Positions 1 to 9,712 of a DNA stretch of 20,000 nucleotides are shown in pieces. The position numbers and the translations under genes are program-made. Within the stretch, counting starts at the first letter, position 1; each line of letters opens with the position of its first letter. Below the pieces are notes generated by a model that had not been told where the DNA came from, searched no databases, and worked only from the letters and a program-made list of their open reading frames with translations. Source of the stretch: Candidatus Woesearchaeota archaeon (lineage in GTDB: Archaea > Nanobdellota > Nanobdellia > Woesearchaeales > JABGXB01); assembly GCA_018675975.1 (NCBI GenBank), contig JABGXB010000003.1, positions 183,821 to 203,820 on the forward strand. Reading direction: 5' to 3'.

Positions 1-3000
1 AACTTTACAATGGTAGCTATTGATAAAGTTAATAATATTGATACGACAACAGCAAAATTCTTTTTTAAAACCCCTGCCTCAATATACGACTTTAATGAAC
101 ATACACCAGATTATGATAGTTTAACTAATTCTTTTAAATATAAAAGAGTTTTAGGTCCAGGTGAATATAGTTATTATTGGAAAATAAAAAATGATTTAGG
201 ACATACAATAGAGAGTAGCATAAATACATTTACAGTAGAAAAAAATGTGCCAAATTTAAATTTAAAAATAAATGAAAATAATATAGAAAATATAAATAAT
301 ATAATTACATATGATAATACAAAAATAGATTACAATTTAATTGATACAGAAGGTAATATAAAAATTCAAATATATGATTCAAATAATAATTTATTTAAAA
401 CATTAAATGAATTTAATACCATAACTGAAGTATTTAATTTTACAAAACAAGGAACATATAATATAGTATATTCATTTGATGGAAATAATGATTATAGTCA
501 ATTTTCAAATAGTTTTTTAATTAATGTTAAACCAGAAAGAATTTCTCCTGAAATTACAATACAAAAATTAGAAACAGATTTGATTGAAATTGAACCAAAT
601 AAATTTAAATATGATCCAAATAAAAAAATAAAATTTATTATTAATGTAACAGATTTTTCAGGCATTAAAAAAACCATAATGACAATAAATAATGAAGAAA
701 CTGAAATCCTAGTTAATTCAAATAATTTTGAAACGGAAGTAATATATGAAACTAATCTTGATGCAGGAAATTATGATTATTATTGGAGAGCATACGACAA
801 TTCAGGAAATATAGTGAATGGTGCAGGTAAATTATTTGAGATTGAAAAAGCAGATTATGAACTTGTAACTGCTATTTCAACGTCACCTGAAGAAATAATA
901 AATAAAAAAGTTACAGATAAAGTATTAATTGAATCTCAAATATTTCCACAAACTAATTATAATATGAAAATTAGTTTAAATGGTGCAGAAATAGAAAATA
1001 AACAATCAATATCATTTAGTCAAGAATTAGATTTAGAAAACGAAGGAACATATACAATCGAATTTTCATCAATAGAAAATAATAATTATAATCCAACATC
1101 AAAAATTATTACTATAAATGTTGAAAAAGAAACAGTTCCACCAGAAATTAGTAGTAAAAATATTAATGCTCCTGAAAAATATGATAAAGAAACAAATACA
1201 GTTATTAGCATTAATGCAAATGATGATTATGGTTTGAAAGATAATGCATTATTAATATTGAATAATAAAGAATATTTAGTGCCAAATAATAATGGAATAT
1301 ATAAATTTGAAAAAGTTTTAAATGCAAGTTTATATACATATAAATGGAAAGTACTTGATGTTTTTGATAATTTTGTAGAAACTGAACAAAAAACATTTAC
1401 AATTGAAAAAAGAAATACGCATATAATTTCAAATATTGATGGAGATAATGCAAATAATCTTAATATTGGATTAAGTGATCAAGTTATTATTAATGCAAAT
1501 ATAATGCCTCCATATTTAGAATATAATATGAAATTAAAATATGGGGAAGAAGAAAAAATTAATGAAAATGAAAATAATTTTGCAGAAGAGTATATATTTA
1601 ATAATGAAGGATTATATGAACTAAATTTCAATTATATTGGAGATAAAAATCATTTAAGTAATTCGTCAATACATAATATTGAAGTGGCAAAAGAAACTGA
1701 ACCGCCAACAATTACATCAAATACATTCACATCACCTAATAGTTATGATAGTAATACTAATACAATAATAACACTTTCTGCATCAGATAATTATGGTATT
1801 AAAAATAAAATTGAATTAATATTAAATGATATAATACATGAAGTAAATTTAAAAAATGAAAATGAGGGAGTTTATACTTTTGAATTTAATAAATTATTAA
1901 ATGCAGGAAATTATAATTATAAATGGAAAGTATTAGATAAGTTTGATAATTTAATTGAGACTGAATTGAAAACATTCACAATTACTAAAAAAGACCCATT
2001 ATTAAATTTATTAATTAATGATGAATTTTTAAATAAAGAAATAATTGAATTAGAAAATATAAAAGTAATTTCTAAAATGGTGGAACCAGTTGATAATTAT
2101 AAGTTTATTATAATAAATAAACAGGACGATAGTACTTATTTTGAATATGATGGTGAATATGAACAATTTATTGCATTTCCACAATCCAATGAATATGATA
2201 TAAAAATAGTATATTCAGGTAATGAAAATTATAATGAAAAAGAAAAAAAATTAACAGTAACTGTAACAAAAGAAAAAAATGCTCCAATAATAACAAGAAA
2301 TGAATTTGTATACAATGCAGAATATTCACAAGATAAATCAATTTTTATTGTTAATGCAAGTGATGATAAAGGAATTAAATCTATTGCAGAATTAATTTTA
2401 GATCAAAAAACCATTAATGTTAATAGAGATGCTAATGAATTATTTAATTATTCGACAATACTTAGCGCAGGACCACATTCGTATTATTGGAAAGTTTATG
2501 ATTTAAATAATAATTTGGTTGTAACAAAATTAGAAACGTTTGAAATATTAAAAAAAACACCAAATATTCAAATTTCAATAGATGATTCAAATGTTGATAA
2601 AACAATAAAAACATTTGAATTTTTTAATATAAAAGCAAATACTATTGAACCAAACAATAATGATTTTAATTATAATATATACAAAGACAATCAATTAATT
2701 AGTTCTGGAGTTAAAAATAATTTAAATGACTTAATATCAAATAATCAAGTTGGAAATTATAAATATGAAATTGAATATTTAGGAAATATTAATTATAGTG
2801 GTTTGAAAAAATCAATGAATTTAAATACAATTAACGAACAAGATAAACCAAAAATAAATTTAATTGAACAAAGTTCACCAGATACTTATAATAGTGATAA
2901 AAGTATAATTTCTTTGACAAGTTCAGATATATCTGGAATAAAATCAGCAATATTAAATTTAAATAATGAATTAATTGAAATGGAATTATTAAATATAGAA

Positions 3001-6000
3001 GAAAATATATTTAAACATAAATTTGAAAAAATATTATCAGCAGGAAAATATAATTATAATATAATCATAAAAGATAATTCAGGTAATGAATTTTTGTCTG
3101 AAACAAAAGAATTTATTATTAAAAAAGCTAAAGCAGAATTCAATTTAAAATTAAATGGACAAAATACTGATGTAAATATAGAAGTTGGAAATAAATTAAA
3201 TATAAAAACAGATATAATTAATCCAAGTGGTGAAGAATATGATATGTTTATTTTCGATCAAAATAGAGGCATCATACAAGAGTATACATATAGTGAATAT
3301 AATGAAATTGAAATTGACATATTAAATGAAAATGATCAATATATTAATTTAACATTTGATGGGAATGAAAATTATACAAAAAGTTCAATTGAATATGTAG
3401 TATTTTTTAATGAAGATATTACGCCACCAAGAATAAATTATGACAATTTAGAAATTGCAATGCCAAATTCTCCAAGTAAATATGAAATTGGAGGTAAAAT
3501 TAAATTTGAAATTAATGCAAGTGATTTTTCTGGATTGAAAAATATTGCTAAATTAAATATTTCAAATACACTATTTGATGTTGAATATAATAATGGTAAA
3601 TATTCATATGAAATACAATTACAATCAGGAGAATACAAATATAATTGGATTATTGAAGATAATAAAAATAATAAAGTGATTTCAGATACCAATACACATA
3701 AAATACAAAAAAATAGTATTAATGTAACTTTAAGTTTTAAAGATAATATAATAAAACAAAATACTAGTGAAAAAATAGAAGCATTTGTAAATATTAGTGG
3801 AAATGAAGGATTACCTTATGAAATATTTTTTGATAATGAAATAAAAAAATATACTCAAAAAGAAAAATTTAATATAACTAAATTAAAATCAGGAGTTTAT
3901 AATTTAGATTTTAAATTTAATGAAACTGAAAATTTTTATGAAAAAATAATTAATAAAACAGTAATTTTTGTGGATGATATATTACCATTAGGAGTTAAAA
4001 ATCTAAATGAATATAATTATTCAAATACAAGTACAGTAATTACATTTGAAACAATTGAAACTGAAGATTTTGAATCATATGAAATTTATGTAAATAATGA
4101 ATTAATTAATACGAGTAAAGACATAAATGAAAGATTTTACAAATTATATGATTTTGTAATAGGAACAAAATATACTGCAAAAGTCGTGACAAAAGATGTT
4201 AATGGAAATAAAGTTGAACAAAAAATAGATTTTGTATTTGCTAAAGACTATAAACCAATAAAAGTAAAAGAAATAAAAAAAGAAATAAAAAATAATTTAG
4301 AATATTATATAGTTGAATTTAATAATGAGATAAGTGAAATTAAAAAAGAAAATTTACACATAAAACAAGGTGAAAAAGAATTTGATAAAGCTGTACTATT
4401 CGATGGAAGAATATTAAAAATTTATCCAATAGGTGAAATCAAACAAAATGAAGATATTACTATAAGAATAGATAGTGGAATAAAGGATAAATATAATCAA
4501 ACATTTTTAGGAATTGAACATAATATAAAAACAAGTATAAGTGATATAGATGGAGATTTAATTAGTGATATTACAGATGATGATAAAGATGGTGATGGAT
4601 TAAATGATGAAATTGACAATGTATATGGAACAATACCTAAACACAATTTTGAAGTGATAAATACATATATTGAAAATTTTGCTGATATTAATAATAAAAA
4701 TTATGTTGATGTAAAAAATATTAAATTTAAAATGAATGAAAATACATTGGTATCATTTAATCATAATTTTAGTGAAAATAAATTAGATTTAACTGATATA
4801 TTAATTTTACAAGATAATTTAAATGGAAATAAAATTATTGTAAAAAATATTAATCAAACAGGAACCAAAGATATTTCATTTAAAAAAATAAATGATAAAA
4901 ATAATGACATTTGTATTTTAGATAAACATAATGCAACAATTACTCAAACAACTAATAAATGTACAAATAAAAATGAAATATTTGTTCAATGTGATGGTAA
5001 AATTCAAAATAATTATATTTGTAATATAGTAAATGGATGGTTTGTTGTAATGGGATTAAAAAATTCTGCAGTTCAAGAATTTTGTAGTGAAAATTGGAAA
5101 TATACAGAATGGTCAACTTGTGCTAATAGTATACAAACAAGAGAAGCTGAAGATTTAAATGAATGTGAAACTATATTTAAAAGAGAAGAATTAATGAGAT
5201 CATGTACAGAAAAAATTGAAAAAACAAAAACAACAAAATCAACTAGTTCATCAGGAGGAGGATCTGGCTCAAATAAAAAAAGTATATTTAAATCCAAACT
5301 TCCACCATTAATAACAAGTACAAAAAATGAAACAGTAGCATCTAAACAAAATACAAATCAAACTAATGTTAAAAAAATCATAAAACAAAATAATGTAAAT
5401 AATAATAATAAAACATCAATTAGTAAAAATATAAGTCAAGTATTAAAAAAACCAGATTCAGAAATAGAAAATAAGGTGAAAGAAATTATAACTCAACAAC
5501 CTATTAATGAAATTCAAAATACTAAAAGTAATTGGAAATTATTTATACAAATTTTTATTATTATATTAATATCAGGTATATTTATTGAATTTTCAATTAT
5601 TGCATTTGTTAAACCAAAAGTAAAAACAAAATATTCAACGAATTATTATCAACCAGTAAAGTATTCACAACCAATAGTACAAAGACAAAGTATGAATTAT
5701 ATTGAAAAACCAAGATTTAGACAAATAAATCCATATATAAAAAAAACAAATCTAATGCAAAAAGTAAAACAAGCTATTTATTCTGAGAGTGAGAGCAATG
5801 AAAATTTAAAACAATATAATCAAATTAAAAAAGAAAATAGTAAAAAGAACGCGGTGGAAATTGTAAGTGAGATAATTAATGGAAGTAATAATAAAAAGAA
5901 CAAATCAAATCAAAATAATGATGGCAATAAAAATACTTATGAAATTCTAAATAAGGCATTTGATAAAATTAAATTAATTAATAATAAAAGTAAAAATGAT

Positions 6001-6159
6001 ATTAAGAAAAAAAATACTAATTTAATTAATAATAAATTAACTAATAATAAAATTAACAAGAAAAAGAATTCTAAAACTATATTGTCAAATATTATTGATT
6101 CAATGAATGAAATTAAAAATTCAAAAAAGAAAAAGAAATCTAATAAAAAAATTAAATAA
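1..6159 (+). CDS. Giant membrane-anchored surface protein (adhesin/S-layer-associated), 5'-truncated
   Basis: Frame is open from base 1 (AAC TTT ACA ATG) and begins mid-repeat with no signal peptide, so the true start is upstream. About 7 tandem ~190-aa two-domain beta-rich modules (P.I...A.D..G..L.AG.Y.Y.W...D..N then G.Y...Y.GN.NY). These are followed by FN3-like and Ig-like domains, an acidic DIDGD..DDDKDGDG motif (4543-4617), a Cys-rich region with CSENW...WSTC...QTR...C (5083-5205), a Ser/Gly linker, a TM helix (5533-5610) and a Lys/Asn-rich tail. Confidence 0.85.
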   Translation, partial: NFTMVAIDKVNNIDTTTAKFFFKTPASIYDFNEHTPDYDSLTNSFKYKRVLGPGEYSYYWKIKNDLGHTIESSINTFTVEKNVPNLNLKINENNIENINNIITYDNTKIDYNLIDTEGNIKIQIYDSNNNLFKTLNEFNTITEVFNFTKQGTYNIVYSFDGNNDYSQFSNSFLINVKPERISPEITIQKLETDLIEIEPNKFKYDPNKKIKFIINVTDFSGIKKTIMTINNEETEILVNSNNFETEVIYETNLDAGNYDYYWRAYDNSGNIVNGAGKLFEIEKADYELVTAISTSPEEIINKKVTDKVLIESQIFPQTNYNMKISLNGAEIENKQSISFSQELDLENEGTYTIEFSSIENNNYNPTSKIITINVEKETVPPEISSKNINAPEKYDKETNTVISINANDDYGLKDNALLILNNKEYLVPNNNGIYKFEKVLNASLYTYKWKVLDVFDNFVETEQKTFTIEKRNTHIISNIDGDNANNLNIGLSDQVIINANIMPPYLEYNMKLKYGEEEKINENENNFAEEYIFNNEGLYELNFNYIGDKNHLSNSSIHNIEVAKETEPPTITSNTFTSPNSYDSNTNTIITLSASDNYGIKNKIELILNDIIHEVNLKNENEGVYTFEFNKLLNAGNYNYKWKVLDKFDNLIETELKTFTITKKDPLLNLLINDEFLNKEIIELENIKVISKMVEPVDNYKFIIINKQDDSTYFEYDGEYEQFIAFPQSNEYDIKIVYSGNENYNEKEKKLTVTVTKEKNAPIITRNEFVYNAEYSQDKSIFIVNASDDKGIKSIAELILDQKTINVNRDANELFNYSTILSAGPHSYYWKVYDLNNNLVVTKLETFEILKKTPNIQISIDDSNVDKTIKTFEFFNIKANTIEPNNNDFNYNIYKDNQLISSGVKNNLNDLISNNQVGNYKYEIEYLGNINYSGLKKSMNLNTINEQDKPKINLIEQSSPDTYNSDKSIISLTSSDISGIKSAILNLNNELIEMELLNIEENIFKHKFEKILSAGKYNYNIIIKDNSGNEFLSETKEFIIKKAKAEFNLKLNGQNTDVNIEVGNKLNIKTDIINPSGEEYDMFIFDQNRGIIQEYTYSEYNEIEIDILNENDQYINLTFDGNENYTKSSIEYVVFFNEDITPPRINYDNLEIAMPNSPSKYEIGGKIKFEINASDFSGLKNIAKLNISNTLFDVEYNNGKYSYEIQLQSGEYKYNWIIEDNKNNKVISDTNTHKIQKNSINVTLSFKDNIIKQNTSEKIEAFVNISGNEGLPYEIFFDNEIKKYTQKEKFNITKLKSGVYNLDFKFNETENFYEKIINKTVIFVDDILPLGVKNLNEYNYSNTSTVITFETIETEDFESYEIYVNNELINTSKDINERFYKLYDFVIGTKYTAKVVTKDVNGNKVEQKIDFVFAKDYKPIKVKEIKKEIKNNLEYYIVEFNNEISEIKKENLHIKQGEKEFDKAVLFDGRILKIYPIGEIKQNEDITIRIDSGIKDKYNQTFLGIEHNIKTSISDIDGDLISDITDDDKDGDGLNDEIDNVYGTIPKHNFEVINTYIENFADINNKNYVDVKNIKFKMNENTLVSFNHNFSENKLDLTDILILQDNLNGNKIIVKNINQTGTKDISFKKINDKNNDICILDKHNATITQTTNKCTNKNEIFVQCDGKIQNNYICNIVNGWFVVMGLKNSAVQEFCSENWKYTEWSTCANSIQTREAEDLNECETIFKREELMRSCTEKIEKTKTTKSTSSSGGGSGSNKKSIFKSKLPPLITSTKNETVASKQNTNQTNVKKIIKQNNVNNNNKTSISKNISQVLKKPDSEIENKVKEIITQQPINEIQNTKSNWKLFIQIFIIILISGIFIEFSIIAFVKPKVKTKYSTNYYQPVKYSQPIVQRQSMNYIEKPRFRQINPYIKKTNLMQKVKQAIYSESESNENLKQYNQIKKENSKKNAVEIVSEIINGSNNKKNKSNQNNDGNKNTYEILNKAFDKIKLINNKSKNDIKKKNTNLINNKLTNNKINKKKNSKTILSNIIDSMNEIKNSKKKKKSNKKIK
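10..3972 (+). repeat. Tandem ~570-bp (~190 aa) degenerate protein-level repeats
   Basis: Module starts: ERISPEI ~535, ETVPPEI ~1129, ETEPPTI ~1693, EKNAPII ~2272, EQDKPKI ~2836, EDITPPRI ~3412, plus a partial first unit. Each carries a G.Y.Y.W-like and a GN.NY-like motif. Confidence 0.85.
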
Positions 6160-6255
6160 TAATTATAATAGTAATCAGAATATAATAATTAGACTGGACA
6201 TATTAGACAAGTAAGCAAAAATGATTTAATAATGTAACAATAATATTATAATACA

Positions 6256-6429
6256 ATGGCAAAACGATATAAACCAGTCAATCTACCAGAAAATTTGATT
6301 AAAGAAATAGATTTCTATGTAAATAGGTCTAATTTACATACCAGCCGTGCGGGTCTGATTAAGTATATATTAGTTAATTGGGTACAAGATAAAGAAAAAC
6401 AAATTTTTAAAAAAATCTTTACTAGTTAA
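6256..6429 (+). CDS. Ribbon-helix-helix (CopG/Arc/MetJ-like) DNA-binding protein, 57 aa, not in the ORF track
   Basis: Hand translation: MAKRYKPVNLPENLIKEIDFYVNRSNLHTSRAGLIKYILVNWVQDKEKQIFKKIFTS*. Matches the RHH pattern: short strand (YKPVNLP), helix (ENLIKEID), turn, SR..LI helix. Confidence 0.8.
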   Translation: MAKRYKPVNLPENLIKEIDFYVNRSNLHTSRAGLIKYILVNWVQDKEKQIFKKIFTS

Positions 6430-6472
6430 TTATAATAAGAATTTTTATTAATATATCAAAATTATTAAAAAT

Positions 6473-8545
6473 ATGTTATTCAAATTAAAAAGTAATTTTA
6501 AACCATGCGGTGATCAACCAAAAGTAATAGAAGAAATTACAAATAATATAAAAAATAGTCAAAAAGAAATACAAAAAAATGCTAATAGTATAAAAAAAGT
6601 ATATAAAGATAAAATAATTAAAGAAAAATTAAAATTAGATTCAATAAATAAAAGTTTTAATACAATAGTGGGAGTTACAGGATCTGGTAAAACTTTTGTT
6701 ATGGCTAATATTATAAAAAATCTAAATAGACCTTGCATAATTCTTGCACAAAATAAAACACTTGCGGCACAATTATATAATGAATTTAAATCGTTTTTTC
6801 CAAATAATGCAGTAGAGTATTTTATTTCATATTATGATTATTATCAACCTGAAAGCTATATACCAAATAAAGATTTATTTATTGAAAAAGAATTAAAGAT
6901 AAATAAAGAAATTGAAAAATTAAGATTAAAGGCTACTGCAAGTTTAATGAGTAGAAGAGATGTTATTATAATTAGTTCAATTAGTTGTATATATGGACTT
7001 GGAAATCCAGAGAATTATGAAAATTTTGCAATTTCATTAAAAGTTAAGGATAAAATAAATAGAAATGAATTTTTGTTAAATTTAATTAATTTACAATATA
7101 ATAGAACAGAAATTGATTTAATACAAGGTAAATTTAGAATTAAAGGAGATGTTATTGATATATTTCCATCATATATGGATAATTTAATTAGAGTGGAATT
7201 TTTTGATGATGAAATTGAATCTATTAAAATATTAGATAAAGTTAGTCTTAATTTAATTGAAAAAATTGATCAGTTCAAATTATTTCCTGCAAAACATTTT
7301 GTAATTAGTGGAGAAGAATTAGAAAAAGCAATTAGTAAAATTGAAATTGAATTAGATGAAAGAAAAAAAGAAATTGATTCAATTGAGGCACATAGATTAA
7401 GTCAAAGAACTAAATATGATATTGAAATGATTAAAGAATTAGGGTATTGTAATGGTATTGAAAATTATTCAGTATATTTTGATGAAAGAAAAAGAGGTGA
7501 GCCACCTTATTGTCTTTTAGATTTTTTTGATAAAGATTTTATATTTTTTATTGATGAGTCTCACGTTACAATCCCACAAATAAAAGGTATGTATAAAGGT
7601 GATTTTTCTCGTAAAAAAAACTTAATTGATCATGGTTTTAGATTACCCAGTGCATATGATAATAGACCATTAAAATTTGAAGAAGTTGAAAAATATTTTA
7701 AAACAACAATTTGTGTTTCAGCAACACCATCAGAATATGAATTAAAAAATAGTGATAAAATAAGTGAATTAATTATTAGGCCAACTGGACTTATTGATCC
7801 ACCATTAGAAATTTACCCTAGTAAAAATCAAATCGATAAATTAATTGAAGAAATAAATATTACTATAAAAAAAGAATTTCGAACTTTAGTAACTACATTA
7901 ACTAAAAGAATGGCAGAAGATTTAACTGAATATTTATCAAAAGCAGGTATAAAAGTTCGTTATTTACATAGTGATATTGATGTTATTGAAAGAAGTGAAA
8001 TTTTAAGACAATTAAGATTAGGTAGTTTTGATGTTCTAGTTGGTATTAATTTATTAAGAGAAGGTTTAGATTTACCTGAAGTTGCTTTAGTTGCAATATT
8101 AGATGCAGATAAGGAAGGGTTTTTGCGGGATACTAAATCTTTAATACAAATATCAGGTAGAGCTGCACGTAATACGCAAAGTAAAGTTATATTATTTGCA
8201 GATAAAAAAACAAATAGCATATCAAATACAATAATAGAAATGAATAGAAGAAGAAAAATACAATTAGAATATAATAAAAAAAATAAAATCATTCCAAAAA
8301 CTATTATTAAAGAAATTCCAGATGAAATAACTACATTAAAATCATTTAAATCTTATGCTAAAAATGAAATACCTATAATAATTGATAAATTAAATATTGA
8401 AATGAAAGAAGCTAGTCAAGATTTGAATTTTGAGTTGGCAATTCAATTAAGAGATCAAATCGAACAATTAAATAAAGAATTAAGTGAAAAAATTAATCCT
8501 AAAAAAAAGAAAAAAGCTGTGAAAAAGAAAAAAATTATTAATTAA
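6473..8545 (+). CDS. uvrB: Excinuclease ABC subunit B
   Basis: GDQP, Walker A GVTGSGKT, NKTLAAQL, beta-hairpin FISYYDYYQPESY, IDESH, GFRLPSA.DNRPL, GINLLREGLDLPEV, GRAARN, C-terminal UVR domain (L.FELAIQLRD). Confidence 0.98.
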   Translation: MLFKLKSNFKPCGDQPKVIEEITNNIKNSQKEIQKNANSIKKVYKDKIIKEKLKLDSINKSFNTIVGVTGSGKTFVMANIIKNLNRPCIILAQNKTLAAQLYNEFKSFFPNNAVEYFISYYDYYQPESYIPNKDLFIEKELKINKEIEKLRLKATASLMSRRDVIIISSISCIYGLGNPENYENFAISLKVKDKINRNEFLLNLINLQYNRTEIDLIQGKFRIKGDVIDIFPSYMDNLIRVEFFDDEIESIKILDKVSLNLIEKIDQFKLFPAKHFVISGEELEKAISKIEIELDERKKEIDSIEAHRLSQRTKYDIEMIKELGYCNGIENYSVYFDERKRGEPPYCLLDFFDKDFIFFIDESHVTIPQIKGMYKGDFSRKKNLIDHGFRLPSAYDNRPLKFEEVEKYFKTTICVSATPSEYELKNSDKISELIIRPTGLIDPPLEIYPSKNQIDKLIEEINITIKKEFRTLVTTLTKRMAEDLTEYLSKAGIKVRYLHSDIDVIERSEILRQLRLGSFDVLVGINLLREGLDLPEVALVAILDADKEGFLRDTKSLIQISGRAARNTQSKVILFADKKTNSISNTIIEMNRRRKIQLEYNKKNKIIPKTIIKEIPDEITTLKSFKSYAKNEIPIIIDKLNIEMKEASQDLNFELAIQLRDQIEQLNKELSEKINPKKKKKAVKKKKIIN

Positions 8546-8609
8546 TTTGTTATTAAGATTTAAATAATTTTTTAGTTATTTTTTTAAATAAAATGTATTG
8601 CCTATTATT

Positions 8610-9692
8610 ATGTATATATTAGGAATTGAATCAACAGCCCACACATTCGGTGTTGGTATTATTGATAGTAATGGAAATATTCTTGCAAATAAGAAAGCAT
8701 TATTTACAACTGAATCTGGGGGTATGACACCAAGAATTGTCGCAGATCATCACATTGAGAAATTTGATTCAATTATTAAAGACGCTTTAAATGAGGCAAA
8801 AATAAAAATTAATGATATTAAATTGATATCATTCTCACAAAGCCCTGGCATTGGAAACTGCCTTAAAATTGGTGCTATTATAGCTAGAAGTGTATCTAAA
8901 TTGTTAAATTGTCCACTCATAGGAATTAACCATTGTATTGCACATTTAGAAATTGGAAAATTGTGTGGATTTGATGAAAATAATAATTTAAGTAAGGATC
9001 CTATTTTATTATATGCAAGTGGTGCAAATACTCAAATAATTGGTTTTTCAGGAGAAAAATATAGAATTTTTGGAGAAACATTAGATATTGGAATTGGAAA
9101 TTTTATTGATACGTTTGCAAGATATATCAACATAGGATTTCCAGGTGGGCCCAAAATTGAATTATTGGCAAAAAAAAGTAAAAAGTTTATTGATTTAGGT
9201 TATTTAGTTAAAGGAATGGATATTAATTTTAGTGGTATTTTAACAAAATTAAAAAATTTATATGATTTAGGTCATAGTAAATATGATTTGGCATTTAGTT
9301 TACAAGAAACTTCATTTAGTATGTTAATTGAAGTTGCTGAAAGAGCTCTTGCACATACTGGTAAAAATGAATTATTATTAGGTGGAGGAGTTGCATGTAA
9401 TAAAAGACTTAAAGAAATGGCTATAAAAATGTGTAATGATAGAGGAGCTAAATGCTATTTTGTAGATAATAGTTTAAATGTAGATAATGGTGTTATGATT
9501 GCATGGGCAGGATTATTAAAATTTTTAGGTGAATTAAATTTAAAATTTAATAATATTGAAGAATTAAAAAATATTAATTTTGAAATATTAATTAAAAAAT
9601 ATAATAATTCTAATATGAAAAGTGACTATATATGGTCTAAAGTTAATCCATATTTAAGAACAGATGAAGTTGAAATAAAATATTTAAAATAA
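8610..9692 (+). CDS. kae1: tRNA N6-adenosine threonylcarbamoyltransferase, archaeal Kae1 (KEOPS), not fused to Bud32
   Basis: ILGIESTAHTFGVGI, metal-binding NHCIAHLEIG, SGANTQ, GETLDIGIGN, LQETSFSML.E..ERALAH, GGGVACN, DNGVMIA, C-terminal RTDEV. ATG 8610 preferred over TTG 8598. Confidence 0.96.
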   Translation: MYILGIESTAHTFGVGIIDSNGNILANKKALFTTESGGMTPRIVADHHIEKFDSIIKDALNEAKIKINDIKLISFSQSPGIGNCLKIGAIIARSVSKLLNCPLIGINHCIAHLEIGKLCGFDENNNLSKDPILLYASGANTQIIGFSGEKYRIFGETLDIGIGNFIDTFARYINIGFPGGPKIELLAKKSKKFIDLGYLVKGMDINFSGILTKLKNLYDLGHSKYDLAFSLQETSFSMLIEVAERALAHTGKNELLLGGGVACNKRLKEMAIKMCNDRGAKCYFVDNSLNVDNGVMIAWAGLLKFLGELNLKFNNIEELKNINFEILIKKYNNSNMKSDYIWSKVNPYLRTDEVEIKYLK

Positions 9693-9712
9693 AAAAAATA
9701 AAAGATAAAAAA

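Noticed and set aside
1211..5297. Minus-strand ORFs 1211-1396, 3438-3692 and 5073-5297
   Set aside because: Short antisense shadows inside the giant CDS with no motifs.
8500..8545. UvrB tail KKKAVKKK identical to a repeat in the H1-like protein
   Set aside because: Low-complexity poly-A-encoded sequence; chance identity is likely.
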